Positions 34,720 through 45,686 are shown, counted from the first letter of the stretch. The stretch is 64,000 bases of DNA from Escherichia coli (GCF_013315695.1 NZ_CP054353.1), one strand, 5' to 3'. Program-made: numbers and translations. Notes: generated from the letters alone by a model not told the origin.

Positions 34720-35628
34720 TTAGTTCAGTGCCTTGTCATTCGGTTCTTTGAACAGTGCTTTCATTTCGTCCGACAGTTCGAAATTCATGTTCAGGTTTTT
34801 CGGCGGAATTGGGTTTTTGAACCATTTATCAAACCATTTTTCCGCTTCACCGGAGGTCTGCACCTGAGCGATAGTGTCATCCATCAGCTTTTTGAACTGC
34901 GGATCGTCTTTACGCAACATGCAACCGTAGGCTTCCTGAGACTGCGGCTTGCCGACGATTTCCCAGTTGTCTGGTTTCTTCGCTTTTGCACGTTCACCAG
35001 CCAGCAGAGCATCATCCATCATAAAGGCAACGGCACGACCGCTTTCCAGGGTACGGAAAGAGTCACCGTGATCTTTGGCGCTGATGATGCGCATGTTCAT
35101 TTTTTGCTCTTCATTCAGTTTGTTGAGCAAAACTTCAGAGGTGGTGCCGGAAGTGACTACGACGGCTTTGTCTTTCAGATCGGCAAAATCTTTAATATCG
35201 CCGCCTTTTTTTGTCAGCAGGCGCGTACCGACCACGAAAATAGTGTCGGAGAAAGCCGCCTGTTTTTGGCGTTCGACGTTGTTGGTGGTAGAACCACATT
35301 CAAAATCGAAAGTGCCGTTTTGCAGCAGCGGAATACGGTTTTGTGAGGTGATCGGAATCAATTTCACCTGCAAGTCCGGTTTGTTGAGTTTCTTTTTCAC
35401 TGCTTCAACAATGGCGTTGGAGTAATCCTGCGAGTAACCCACCACTTTTTGCTGATTGTCGTAATAAGAGAAAGGTACTGAAGATTCACGGTGACCGACG
35501 ACAATCACACCGTTTTTGGCGATTTTGTCCAGCGTACTGCCTGCTGCCGGGGCGGCGTCATCTGCCTGTGTCAGTCCTGCGGAAAGCGCCAGGGCCAGGA
35601 TTGCTGTGGCAGGTTTACGTAATTGCAT
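34720..35628 (-). CDS. gltI: Glutamate/aspartate periplasmic binding protein
   Basis: ORF 34720..35703; ATG at 35626..35628 preceded by aaggag gives MQLRKPATAILALALSAGL signal peptide, 302 aa. Confidence 0.92.
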   Translation of the reverse strand: MQLRKPATAILALALSAGLTQADDAAPAAGSTLDKIAKNGVIVVGHRESSVPFSYYDNQQKVVGYSQDYSNAIVEAVKKKLNKPDLQVKLIPITSQNRIPLLQNGTFDFECGSTTNNVERQKQAAFSDTIFVVGTRLLTKKGGDIKDFADLKDKAVVVTSGTTSEVLLNKLNEEQKMNMRIISAKDHGDSFRTLESGRAVAFMMDDALLAGERAKAKKPDNWEIVGKPQSQEAYGCMLRKDDPQFKKLMDDTIAQVQTSGEAEKWFDKWFKNPIPPKNLNMNFELSDEMKALFKEPNDKALN

Positions 35629-35669
35629 ATCCAACTCCTTTATCTTCTGCGTTAAGAACGCATGGATAC

Positions 35670-35695
35670 CCGTTGTGAGTGTTTGTGTTGTTATC
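35670..35695 (-). promoter_or_regulatory. C/A-rich element in the gltI 5' UTR (GcvB sRNA target site)
   Basis: Minus-strand AACAACACAAACACUCACAACG about 45-65 nt upstream of the gltI start codon; matches the known GcvB-targeted enhancer of gltI. Confidence 0.45.
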
Positions 35696-36081
35696 ATCTG
35701 CAACTTTATTGTGCAGTGTTGTGTTTGTTAGGTAACATTTAGTTTGGCTAAATGTAAAGATATTGATGTTTTATTGTTTGTTTTTGCGAGATGCGCCGCA
35801 CCATTCCGAAGCAAAATTCTTAAACTGCACCTTTTTGGTGCTACCGCTGATTTGTGGTGGTGCAACCCGGTTGCGTCGCGGCTGATTTCATTGCTTACAC
35901 AGTAAATAAAGCAACTTACATGCCAAAAAATACTTAGGGGTGAATTAATTACGATTGTAATTTTAGGCTGAAAAAGTCATATTTCGGACAGTGTTAACTT
36001 TTCGGTGTGGGACGTTTGCCGGGATGATAACTACACACGGGAAAATGCTTTTTACTAGTCTTTTCAAGGAAGAATCACCTT

Positions 36082-37959
36082 ATGTCTGCATCTTCGGTTA
36101 AGCCGTTAAATGTTCAATTACCCGCAATAACCCTGATCCTTTTTGCGCTCTGTGTTGGGATATTTTGTTACCTCGCACAATGGATGAGTTACGAAGAAGT
36201 CGATCAATCCGCACTCATCCATCTCGGCGCTAACGTTGCTTCTCTCACGTTGTCGGATGAATCCTGGCGCTTATTGAGCAGTGTTTTTCTGCACAGTAGT
36301 TTTTCCCATTTGCTGATGAATATGTTTGCACTCCTGGTGGTGGGGGCAGTGGCGGAGCGGATACTGGGGAAATGGCGACTCCTGATTGTTTGGCTATTCT
36401 CTGGCGTCTTTGGTGGGCTGATCAGCGCCTGTTATGCGTTACGCGAAAGTGAGCAGATAGTCATCAGCGTTGGGGCATCCGGAGCAATTATGGGAATAGC
36501 TGGCGCTGCGATAGCAACACAGCTTGCTTCAGGTGCGGGCACACACCATAAAAACCAGCGGCGAGTATTTCCTCTGTTGGGTATGGTGGCGCTGACACTG
36601 TTGTACGGTGCCCGGCAAACAGGAATAGATAACGCTTGCCACATTGGCGGCCTGATTGCGGGTGGCGCGTTGGGTTGGCTGAGCGCGCGTTTAGTTGGGC
36701 AAAACCGATTCGTTACGGAAGGCGGGATTATTGTTGCGGTCACTCTTCTTCTGACCGGGGCTATCTGGCTTGTGCAGCAGCAGATTGATGAATCAGTTTT
36801 ACAAGTCAGGCAAAGCCTGCGTGAAGCGTTTTATCCGCAGGAGATTGAACAAGAGCGACGACAAAAAAAGCAGCAGTTAGTGGAGGAGCGCAACGCCCTC
36901 ACGGAAACATTATCCGCTCCGGTAAGTCGTGAGCAGGCCAGTGGTGATTTACTCGCTGAGATTGCCGATATCCATGATATGGCGATCAATCGGGATGGTA
37001 ATACGTTATATGCCGCAATTGAAAACACGAACAGTATTGTTGTTTTCGACCTCGGACAAAAGAAAATCCTGCATACCTTTACAGCGCCCATAGCGAAAGA
37101 AAAGTCACTCAAACATTGTGGTGGCTGTAAAGATCAGGGCGTCAGATCGCTGGCGTTAAGCCCGGATGAAACGTTGCTTTATGCAACTTCATTTGAAGCG
37201 AATGCGTTATCGGTCATTAACGTGGCGACGGGGGAGATTATTCAGTCGATTACCACCGGTGCACATCCTGACAGTCTTATCCTCTCGCGTGATGGCACAA
37301 AAGCCTGGGTGATGAATCGCACCAGTAATAGTGTGTCAGCCATTGATCTGGTGACTTATCAGCATGTAGCGGATATCCCGCTGGAGAAATACGACGGGAC
37401 GGGGACGAGCGGTAAACCAGGCGCCTGGGTTATGGCACTTTCCCCGGATGAAAAAACATTGTTGATACCCGGTATGGTCAGAGGCGACATTGTACGCATC
37501 AATACCATCACGCATCAGAAAGAAGACTTTCCCACAGGTGATGCGCGTGGTGTCGTTTCTGCGATGGGATTCCGACCAAAAAATGGCGAGATTATTTTTG
37601 CCGATAGCCAGGGGATTTCACGTATAAGCGTAGGGGATCAACAAGCCAGCATTATGACGCAATGGTGTAGCAGGAGCGTTTATTCCGTTGAGGGTATTAG
37701 CCCGGACGGTCAGTATTTAGCGTTGGTGTCATATGGCCTGCAAGGTTATGTCATCCTGCTCAATATTAATGCCGGGCAGATTATTGGCGTTTATCCTGCC
37801 AGCTACGTTAATCATCTTCGTTTTTCAGCGGATGGTAGAAAGATATTTGTTATGGCGAAGAACGGGTTAATCCAAATGGACAGGACGCGCTCGCTTGATC
37901 CACAGGCAATTATTCGGCATCCCCAATATGGTGATGTGGCTTGTATCCCTGAACCGTAA
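36082..37959 (+). CDS. Rhomboid-family intramembrane serine protease fused to a C-terminal 7-bladed beta-propeller (YVTN-type repeats)
   Basis: 625-aa ORF with SD ggaag. N-terminal ~230 aa: 7 predicted TM segments with rhomboid motifs HxxxN (HLLMN), GxSG (GASGAIMG) and catalytic His (CHIGGLIAGG). Then a charged Q/E/R-rich linker and about seven ~40-aa repeats (e.g. NTLYAAIENTNSIVVFDL, TLLYATSFEANALSVINV, KAWVMNRTSNSVSAIDL). Confidence 0.8.
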   Translation: MSASSVKPLNVQLPAITLILFALCVGIFCYLAQWMSYEEVDQSALIHLGANVASLTLSDESWRLLSSVFLHSSFSHLLMNMFALLVVGAVAERILGKWRLLIVWLFSGVFGGLISACYALRESEQIVISVGASGAIMGIAGAAIATQLASGAGTHHKNQRRVFPLLGMVALTLLYGARQTGIDNACHIGGLIAGGALGWLSARLVGQNRFVTEGGIIVAVTLLLTGAIWLVQQQIDESVLQVRQSLREAFYPQEIEQERRQKKQQLVEERNALTETLSAPVSREQASGDLLAEIADIHDMAINRDGNTLYAAIENTNSIVVFDLGQKKILHTFTAPIAKEKSLKHCGGCKDQGVRSLALSPDETLLYATSFEANALSVINVATGEIIQSITTGAHPDSLILSRDGTKAWVMNRTSNSVSAIDLVTYQHVADIPLEKYDGTGTSGKPGAWVMALSPDEKTLLIPGMVRGDIVRINTITHQKEDFPTGDARGVVSAMGFRPKNGEIIFADSQGISRISVGDQQASIMTQWCSRSVYSVEGISPDGQYLALVSYGLQGYVILLNINAGQIIGVYPASYVNHLRFSADGRKIFVMAKNGLIQMDRTRSLDPQAIIRHPQYGDVACIPEP

Positions 37960-38014
37960 GAAAAAAGGGGCATGATAATCACGCCCCACCGCTTAATGAG
38001 AAAGTATGTTTTGT

Positions 38015-38075
38015 TGATACCGGATGCGGTGTTAACGGTTTATCTGGCCTGCAAAATTGATGCAATTATGCAGGC
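38015..38075. repeat. REP-like palindromic element
   Basis: taccggatgcggtgttaacggtttatctggcctgca resembles the REP/PU consensus GCCGGATGCGGCG...CCGGCCTAC; lies between convergent genes. Confidence 0.45.
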
Positions 38076-38091
38076 CAGCGCATCATTCACA

Positions 38092-39633
38092 TCAACGTTT
38101 ACGTCGTTGACGCAGACTCATCAACACGGCGGCAAAACCAAACAATGCCGTCAGTACCCACAGCGGCCAGTTGCCGGTACGTGCGTACGGTGTGAGTCCG
38201 GTAGTCGGCGTCACGTTAGTGGTTAACACCTCGCGGGTGAACTGCGGGATCATCGCCTGAATCTCACCCTGCGGACCAATCACCGCCGTAATGCCGTTGT
38301 TGGTGCTGCGCAACAGTGGGCGCGCCAGCTCCAACGCACGCATTCGCGCCATCTGGAAGTGCTGCCATGGACCAATAGACTTACCAAACCACGCATCGTT
38401 GGAGATAGTCAGCAGATAGTCGGTATCCGGGCGGAAGTTATCGCGCACTTGCTCGCCGAGAATGATCTCGTAGCAAATAGCCGCAGTAAGCTCAATACCA
38501 TTTACCGACAGCGGCGGCTGGATATATGGCCCACGTCTGAACGACGACATCGGCAGATCAAAGAACGGTGCTAACGGACGCAGAATCGACTCCAGCGGGA
38601 CAAACTCGCCAAACGGCACCAGATGGTTTTTGTTATAGCGATCGGCTGATTCGTAGCTGTACGGCGCACCTTTACCCAGCGTGATGATGGTGTTGTAGGT
38701 ATCGTAGCGGTTCTGCTTATTGAGACGTGCGTCAACAATCCCGGTTACCAGCGAGCTACCTTTATCGCGCAACTCACCGTCCAGTGCTTTGAGGAACGGT
38801 TGCTGATTAATTTCCAGATCGGTTATCGCCGACTCCGGCCAGATAATCAACGATGATTTGCCCATCAGCGGTGCCGTTGCGTTGTAGTAAATCTTCAGCG
38901 TATTAAGTAGCTGGTCTCCGTCCCATTTCAGCGATTGCGGAATATCGCCCTGAACCATCGAAACCTGAATAGTTTTTTCCGGTTGCGGGGTAAACCACTG
39001 GATGTAACGCAGCGGGAAGGGAAGGGCAAACAGCATGACGGCCACCGCCAGCGGACGCCAGTTGCGTTTGACCAACGCCAGTGCCAGCAGGCCGCTAACC
39101 ATCATCAGCAGGAAGTTAATGGCTTCCACGCCCATTATCGGTGCCAGCCCTTTTAACGGGCCATCAATCTGGCTATAGCCGAACTGTAACCACGGGAAGC
39201 CAGTCAGCACCCAACCGCGCAGAAACTCGGTCACTTGCCAGAGAGCAGGGGCGGCAATCGCCACGCGCAGCCAGGTGGTTTTCGGCCACAGACGCGACAG
39301 CACGCCAGCAAACAGTCCGGTATACAGCGACAAATACGCCGCCAGCAGTACCACCAGGAAGATGTTAACCGGGCCAGGCATTCCGCCAAAGGTCGCGATG
39401 CTGACATAGACCCAGTTAATACCGCTGCCAAAGAGGCCAAATCCCCAGCAAAAGCCAATAGCGGCAGACTGGAGTGGACGGCGGTTAAAGGTCAACGCCT
39501 GAAGCCCCATCAGCGAAATAATCGCCGCAGGCCAGACGTCGTAAGGAGAGAAGGCCAGCGTTCCGCAGGCACCGAATAATAACGCCAGCAGCAGGCGAAT
39601 GCGCTGGCGTTCAATTAATGAGGCAAAAGCCAT
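38092..39633 (-). CDS. lnt: Apolipoprotein N-acyltransferase
   Basis: 513-aa [27 protein letters not shown] with N-terminal TM domain and C-terminal CN-hydrolase domain. Confidence 0.92.
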   Translation of the reverse strand: MAFASLIERQRIRLLLALLFGACGTLAFSPYDVWPAAIISLMGLQALTFNRRPLQSAAIGFCWGFGLFGSGINWVYVSIATFGGMPGPVNIFLVVLLAAYLSLYTGLFAGVLSRLWPKTTWLRVAIAAPALWQVTEFLRGWVLTGFPWLQFGYSQIDGPLKGLAPIMGVEAINFLLMMVSGLLALALVKRNWRPLAVAVMLFALPFPLRYIQWFTPQPEKTIQVSMVQGDIPQSLKWDGDQLLNTLKIYYNATAPLMGKSSLIIWPESAITDLEINQQPFLKALDGELRDKGSSLVTGIVDARLNKQNRYDTYNTIITLGKGAPYSYESADRYNKNHLVPFGEFVPLESILRPLAPFFDLPMSSFRRGPYIQPPLSVNGIELTAAICYEIILGEQVRDNFRPDTDYLLTISNDAWFGKSIGPWQHFQMARMRALELARPLLRSTNNGITAVIGPQGEIQAMIPQFTREVLTTNVTPTTGLTPYARTGNWPLWVLTALFGFAAVLMSLRQRRKR

Positions 39634-39657
39634 GTAGTTATCTATCCAGTTTCGGTT

Positions 39658-40536
39658 TTATTCATCCAGCTTCGGCTGGGGTGAGTCATCCGGGATTTTG
39701 ACATGAACCTGAATAATACGCCGACTGTCGGCCATCGCCACTTTGAACTGGTAACCGTCGATGTCGATGGTTTCGCCACGCGCCGGAAGATGCCCAAATG
39801 CCTGCATCACCAGACCACCGATAGTGTCAACCTCTTCATCGCTAAAGTGGGTACCGAACGCTTCGTTGAAGTCTTCAATGGAAGCCAGTGCGCGCACGGT
39901 CCAGGTATGACGACTCAACTGACGGAAGTCGATATCATCTTCTTCGTCATACTCGTCTTCAATCTCACCAACAATCAGTTCCAGGATGTCTTCAATGGTC
40001 ACCAGACCGGAAACCCCACCGAATTCGTCAATGACGATCGCCATGTGGTAACGCTGAGAGCGAAACTCTTTCAGCATCCGGTCTACGCGCTTACTTTCAG
40101 GAACGACAACCGCCTGACGTAACACTTTGTCCATGCTGAAGGCTTCAGCATCGCTGCGCATAAACGGCAGCAAGTCTTTCGCCATCAGAATCCCTTCAAT
40201 GTGATCTTTGTCTTCGCTAATCACCGGGAAACGTGAGTGGGCGGACTCGATGATGACATCAAGGCATTCGTCCAGCGTCTGGTTGCGTTTCAGGGTAATC
40301 ATCTGGGAGCGGGGGATCATGATGTCGCGGACGCGTTGGTCTGCGATGTCCATCACCCCTTCGAGCATATCGCGCGTATCTTCGTCGATAAGGTCGTTCT
40401 GCCCGGAATCACGGATCAGCGCCAGCAGTTCGTCACGGTTTTTCGGTTCACCGTGGAAAAGTTGGCTGAGTAACAGGGAGAAAAATCCCTTCTTGTTGCT
40501 TATCGTGTCACTACTGTGTGAATTGTCGTCGCTCAT
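39658..40536 (-). CDS. corC: Magnesium/cobalt efflux protein CorC (CBS-domain)
   Basis: 292-aa ORF; conserved lnt-ybeX-ybeY-ybeZ-miaB order. Confidence 0.9.
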   Translation of the reverse strand: MSDDNSHSSDTISNKKGFFSLLLSQLFHGEPKNRDELLALIRDSGQNDLIDEDTRDMLEGVMDIADQRVRDIMIPRSQMITLKRNQTLDECLDVIIESAHSRFPVISEDKDHIEGILMAKDLLPFMRSDAEAFSMDKVLRQAVVVPESKRVDRMLKEFRSQRYHMAIVIDEFGGVSGLVTIEDILELIVGEIEDEYDEEDDIDFRQLSRHTWTVRALASIEDFNEAFGTHFSDEEVDTIGGLVMQAFGHLPARGETIDIDGYQFKVAMADSRRIIQVHVKIPDDSPQPKLDE

Positions 40537-40625
40537 GGCGTCGTATGGGTTCTCATGTTAGTTAATCAAAACGCCGTCGTTAATCACCAACGGCGGGGAC
40601 GTCTGCCAATCAAATGCCTGGCAAA

Positions 40626-41093
40626 TTATTCTTTCTCGGCAATGTACGGATCCTCATAGCCCAGAGCAAGCATAATCTCTGTTTCGAGGGCTTCCATTTC
40701 TTCTGCTTCGTCATCTTCGATGTGATCGTAACCTAACAAATGCAGACTGCCGTGCACCACCATATGCGCCCAGTGCGCCTCCAGTGGTTTGCCTTGCTCC
40801 TGTGCTTCCTTCTCAACCACCTGACGGCAGATAACCAGATCGCCCAGTAGTGACATCTCCATGCCAGGCGGTACTTCAAACGGGAAGGAGAGCACGTTGG
40901 TCGGCTTATCCTTACCGCGATAGGTCAGATTCAGACTGTGGCTTTCGGCGGTATCGACCACGCGAATAGTCACTTCCGACTCTTCCTGAAACTGCGGGAT
41001 CACCGCATTCAGCCATGTTTGAAACTGGCTCTCTTCCGGTAACCCGGAATTATCTTCACATGCCAGTTGTAAATCGAGGATCACCTGACTCAT
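40626..41093 (-). CDS. ybeY: Endoribonuclease YbeY
   Basis: 155-aa ORF with metal-binding [11 protein letters not shown] motif. Confidence 0.92.
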
Positions 41094-42130
41094 TTTTGTT
41101 CCTGTTCTTCGCGCTTGCGTTCTGCTGCCAGCGCCGCTTTACGTTTTTGTTCTGCTTCTTCCCAGGCTTCATAAGCGTTAACGATACGCGCCACCACCGG
41201 GTGACGAACCACGTCTTCGCTGTGGAAGAAGTTAAAGCTGATCTCTTCAACATCGGCCAGCACTTCGATGGCGTGACGCAAGCCTGACTTGGTATGACGC
41301 GGCAGGTCGATCTGTGTGACGTCGCCGGTGATAACCGCTTTTGAGTTAAAACCGATACGGGTCAGGAACATCTTCATCTGTTCGATGGTGGTGTTCTGGC
41401 TCTCATCGAGAATGATAAACGCGTCGTTCAGCGTACGACCACGCATATAGGCCAGCGGCGCGACTTCAATAACGTTGCGCTCAATCAGTTTCTCGACTTT
41501 CTCAAAGCCCAGCATTTCAAACAGCGCGTCGTACAGTGGGCGCAAATACGGGTCTACTTTCTGGCTTAAATCGCCAGGCAGGAAGCCCAGTTTCTCACCG
41601 GCTTCTACCGCCGGACGAGTCAGCAGAATACGGCGAATTTCCTGACGCTCCAGGGCATCAACTGCCGCAGCCACTGCCAGGTAGGTTTTACCCGTACCCG
41701 CCGGGCCAACGCCGAAGGTGATGTCATGGTCGAGAATATTGGCAATGTACTGCGCCTGGTTTGGCGTGCGCGGCTTAATTACGCCGCGTTTGGTCTTGAT
41801 ATTGACCGCTTTGCCGTACTCCGGCACGCTCTCCGCGCTTTGCTCCAGTACCCGCGCTTCTTTAATCGCAAGGTGGATCTGTTCCGGTTCGATATCCTGA
41901 ATCTGACCACGCATCGGGGCAGTATCGACATACAGGCTACGCAGAATGTCTGCCGCAGCGGTGACGCAAATCGGACGGCCGGTCAGTTTAAAGTGGTTAT
42001 CGCGGCGATTGATCTCGATGCCGAGACGGCGTTCGAGCTGCTTGATGTTGTCATCAAACGGGCCGCACAGGCTCAACAGACGCGCATTGTCTGCTGGCTC
42101 CAGGGTGATTTCGCGAGTGTCTATGTTCAA
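41090..42130 (-). CDS. ybeZ: PhoH-like ATPase YbeZ
   Basis: ORF 41090..42169; Walker A GPAGTGKT. Start at the TTG giving (M)[11 protein letters not shown] is from memory of the annotated length; the longer ORF start is possible. Confidence 0.82.
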
Positions 42131-42282
42131 ACCGTTCCTCTTATCTGTATGCCGCCGGAAGCTGAACATTCACCGGCCTATAAGGAAATTATTCACGCCA
42201 CAGGAAAAAGGCGCAAGCATTGCGATAAAGATGGGGATAAAGAGAGAAAAAACAAGGCCCACCGGAACGGCGGGCCTGAGAA

Positions 42283-43707
42283 TTACGGCTGATAATAACC
42301 CACGCCAAGGTCGTTTTCTTTGCGGGTACGGGCAATCACCGATTCCGGCGTTTCTGCCACGCGCAGACCCATTTCATCTTCAGTACGCACCACTTTACCG
42401 CGCAGAGAGTTCGGGTAGACGTCGGTAATTTCTACATCGACGAATTTACCGATCATATCTGGCGTGCCTTCAAAGTTGACCACGCGGTTATTTTCAGTGC
42501 GACCGGAAAGCTCCATGATGCTCTTACGCGATGTACCTTCTACCAGAATACGCTGGGTGGTGCCGAGCATCCGGCGGCTCCATGCCATTGCTTGCTGATT
42601 AATACGTTCTTGCAGAATATACAGACGCTGCTTCTTCTCTTCTTCCGGAACATCATCAACCATATCGGCGGCTGGTGTACCTGGACGTGCAGAGAAGATA
42701 AAGCTGTAGCTCATGTCGAAATTGACGTCGGCAATCAGCTTCATCGTTTTCTCGAAGTCTTCGGTGGTTTCGCCAGGGAAGCCAACGATGAAGTCAGAAC
42801 TGATCTGAATATCCGGACGCGCCGCACGCAGTTTACGGATGATCGCTTTGTACTCCAGCGCTGTATGGGTACGTCCCATCAGGTTCAGAATGCGATCGGA
42901 ACCGCTCTGTACCGGCAGGTGCAGGAAGCTCACCAGCTCCGGCGTGTCGCGGTACACTTCGATGATATCGTCGGTGAATTCGATCGGATGGCTGGTGGTA
43001 AAGCGAATACGATCGATCCCGTCGATCGCCGCAACCAGACGCAGCAGATCGGCAAACGATCCGGTGGTGCCGTCGTAGTTCTCACCACGCCAGGCGTTCA
43101 CGTTCTGACCGAGCAGGTTGACTTCACGCACGCCCTGAGCTGCAAGCTGGGCAATTTCAAACAGAATATCGTCGGACGGACGGCTTACCTCTTCACCACG
43201 GGTGTAAGGCACTACGCAGTAGGTGCAATATTTATTGCAGCCTTCCATGATGGAGACAAACGCGGTCGGCCCTTCGGCGCGCGGTTCCGGCAGACGGTCA
43301 AACTTCTCGATTTCCGGGAAGCTGATATCTACAACCGGGCTGCGGTCGCCGCGCACGGAGTTGATCATCTCCGGCAGACGGTGCAGCGTTTGCGGCCCAA
43401 AAATAATATCGACATAGTGGGCGCGCTGGCGAATGTGCTCGCCTTCTTGCGATGCCACGCAGCCGCCGACGCCGATAATCAGGTCTGGATTCTTCTCTTT
43501 TAACAGTTTCCAGCGACCCAACTGATGGAAGACTTTTTCCTGAGCCTTCTCGCGGATTGAGCAGGTGTTCAGCAGCAGCACATCCGCTTCTTCCGCCACG
43601 TCGGTCAGTTGATAGCCGTGGGTGGCATCCAGCAGATCGGCCATCTTCGATGAATCGTACTCGTTCATCTGACAGCCCCAGGTTTTAATATGGAGTTTTT
43701 TGGTCAT
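42283..43707 (-). CDS. miaB: tRNA-i6A37 methylthiotransferase MiaB
   Basis: 474-aa ORF with two Cys clusters including radical-[11 protein letters not shown]. Confidence 0.95.
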
Positions 43708-43852
43708 CGACTTGCTCTTGCGAAATAGTAGCCAGGAATGCAGGGCGCATAGTGTAATGCTTTGCTGCCGTTGTGACCAGTATGAGCGTTATCAGCCCTT
43801 GGGGGTAAAAATCCTGTAAACTTAAAGCATATTGCTAACAGGATGATTGACC

Positions 43853-45028
43853 ATGACAAATCAACCAACGGAAATTGCCATTGTCGGCGGAGGAATGGTC
43901 GGCGGCGCACTGGCGCTGGGGCTGGCACAGCACGGATTTGCGGTAACGGTGATCGAGCACGCAGAACCTGCACCGTTTGTCGCTGACAGCCAGCCTGACG
44001 TGCGGATCTCGGCGATTAGTGCGGCTTCGGTATCATTGCTTAAAGGTTTAGGCATCTGGGACGCGGTACAGGCTATGCGTTGCCATCCTTACCGCAGACT
44101 GGAAACGTGGGAGTGGGAAACGGCGCATGTGGTGTTTGACGCCGCTGAACTTAAGCTACCGTTGCTTGGCTACATGGTGGAAAACACTGTCCTGCAACAG
44201 GCGCTGTGGCAGGCGCTGGAAGCGCATCCGAAAGTAACATTACGTGTGCCAGGCTCGCTGATTGCATTACATCGAGATAATGATCTTCAGGAGCTGGAGC
44301 TGAAAGGCGGTGAAGTGATCCAGGCGAAGCTGGTGATTGGCGCTGACGGTGCAAATTCGCAGGTGCGGCAAATGGCGGGAATTGGCGTTCATGCCTGGCA
44401 GTATGCGCAGTCGTGTATGTTGATTAGCGTACAGTGCGAGAATGATCCCGGCGACAGCACCTGGCAGCAGTTTACTCCGGACGGGCCGCGTGCGTTTTTG
44501 CCGCTGTTTGATAACTGGGCGTCGCTGGTGTGGTATGACTCTCCGGCGCGTATTCGCCAGTTGCAGAATATGAATATGGCGCAGCTCCAGGCGGAAATCG
44601 CGAAGCATTTCCCGTCGCGTCTGGGTTACGTGACACCGCTTGCTGCTGGTGCGTTTCCGCTGACACGTCGCCATGCGTTGCAGTATGTGCAACCAGGGCT
44701 TGCACTGGTGGGCGATGCCGCGCATACCATCCATCCGCTGGCGGGGCAGGGGGTGAATCTTGGCTATCGTGATGTCGATGCCCTGATTGATGTTCTGGTC
44801 AACGCCCGCAGCTATGGCGAAGCGTGGGCCAGTTATCCTGTCCTCAAGCGTTACCAGATGCGGCGCATGGCGGATAACTTCATTATGCAAAGTGGTATGG
44901 ATCTGTTTTATGCCGGATTCAGTAATAATCTGCCGCCGCTGCGTTTTGTGCGTAATCTTGGTTTGATGGCGGCGGAGCGTGCTGGCGTGTTGAAACGTCA
45001 GGCGCTGAAATATGCGTTAGGGTTGTAG
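43853..45028 (+). CDS. ubiF: Ubiquinone biosynthesis flavin monooxygenase UbiF
   Basis: ORF 43847..45028; ATG at 43853 after agga gives MTNQPTEIAIVGGGMVGGAL (FAD-binding GxGxxG), 391 aa. Confidence 0.9.
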   Translation: MTNQPTEIAIVGGGMVGGALALGLAQHGFAVTVIEHAEPAPFVADSQPDVRISAISAASVSLLKGLGIWDAVQAMRCHPYRRLETWEWETAHVVFDAAELKLPLLGYMVENTVLQQALWQALEAHPKVTLRVPGSLIALHRDNDLQELELKGGEVIQAKLVIGADGANSQVRQMAGIGVHAWQYAQSCMLISVQCENDPGDSTWQQFTPDGPRAFLPLFDNWASLVWYDSPARIRQLQNMNMAQLQAEIAKHFPSRLGYVTPLAAGAFPLTRRHALQYVQPGLALVGDAAHTIHPLAGQGVNLGYRDVDALIDVLVNARSYGEAWASYPVLKRYQMRRMADNFIMQSGMDLFYAGFSNNLPPLRFVRNLGLMAAERAGVLKRQALKYALGL

Positions 45029-45067
45029 CGTAACGGTTGATACCAAAGCTACAAAAGCGTGCGGACG

Positions 45068-45114
45068 GTCCCCTCGCCCCTCGCCCCTCGGGTGAGGGTT
45101 AGGGTGAGGGGGAA
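45068..45114 (+). repeat. GC-rich heptamer-repeat palindrome: (CCCCTCG)x3 followed by GGTGAGGGTTAGGGTGAGGGGG
   Basis: Three exact tandem CCCCTCG units at 45070..45090 followed by their near-inverted complement with T-for-C substitutions, so the plus-strand RNA can fold with G:U pairs. Confidence 0.6.
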
Positions 45115-45218
45115 AACCGCGCCTGAGTGTGCTTCCAGGCTGGTTTGCCCTGAACCGTGGGCCAAATTCAAATTAGCTGTATCAACATCGCATTCGACAT
45201 TGAATATACGCAGAAAAG

Positions 45219-45247
45219 CAAAAAGCTCGCCGAAGCGAGCTTTTTTA
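45219..45247. terminator. Bidirectional terminator (ubiF / tRNA operon)
   Basis: aaaagctcgc-cgaa-gcgagctttttt: hairpin flanked by an A-run and a T-run. Confidence 0.8.
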
Positions 45248-45250
45248 ATG

Positions 45251-45325
45251 TGGCTGGGGTACGAGGATTCGAACCTCGGAATGCCGGAATCAGAATCCGG
45301 TGCCTTACCGCTTGGCGATACCCCA
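45251..45325 (-). tRNA. glnX: tRNA-Gln (CUG)
   Basis: Reverse complement is a 75-nt tRNA-Gln sequence with CTG anticodon and encoded CCA. Confidence 0.95.
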
Positions 45326-45362
45326 ACTGGGTGCACTTACAAGGTAAGTGTCTTGAATAAAT

Positions 45363-45437
45363 TGGCTGGGGTACGAGGATTCGAACCTCGGAATGCCGGA
45401 ATCAGAATCCGGTGCCTTACCGCTTGGCGATACCCCA
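45363..45437 (-). tRNA. glnV: tRNA-Gln (CUG)
   Basis: Identical copy of the preceding tRNA-Gln(CUG). Confidence 0.95.
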
Positions 45438-45485
45438 ACAAATTGGTTTGTGAATTTGCCGAACGCATTCGACACATTCAGAATT

Positions 45486-45562
45486 TGGTGGCTACGACGG
45501 GATTCGAACCTGTGACCCCATCATTATGAGTGATGTGCTCTAACCAACTGAGCTACGTAGCC
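45486..45562 (-). tRNA. metU: Elongator tRNA-Met (CAU)
   Basis: Reverse complement GGCTACGTAGCTCAGTTGGTTAGAGCACATCACTCATAATGATGGGGTCACAGGTTCGAATCCCGTCGTAGCCACCA. Confidence 0.95.
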
Positions 45563-45577
45563 AGATTGTTTCTTCGA

Positions 45578-45652
45578 TGGCTGGGGTACCTGGATTCGAA
45601 CCAGGGAATGCCGGTATCAAAAACCGGTGCCTTACCGCTTGGCGATACCCCA
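45578..45652 (-). tRNA. glnW: tRNA-Gln (UUG)
   Basis: 75-nt tRNA-Gln with TTG anticodon (loop TTTTGAT). Confidence 0.95.
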
Positions 45653-45686
45653 ATAACCGGGCGGTGAACCGCTTACTCGAAGAAGA

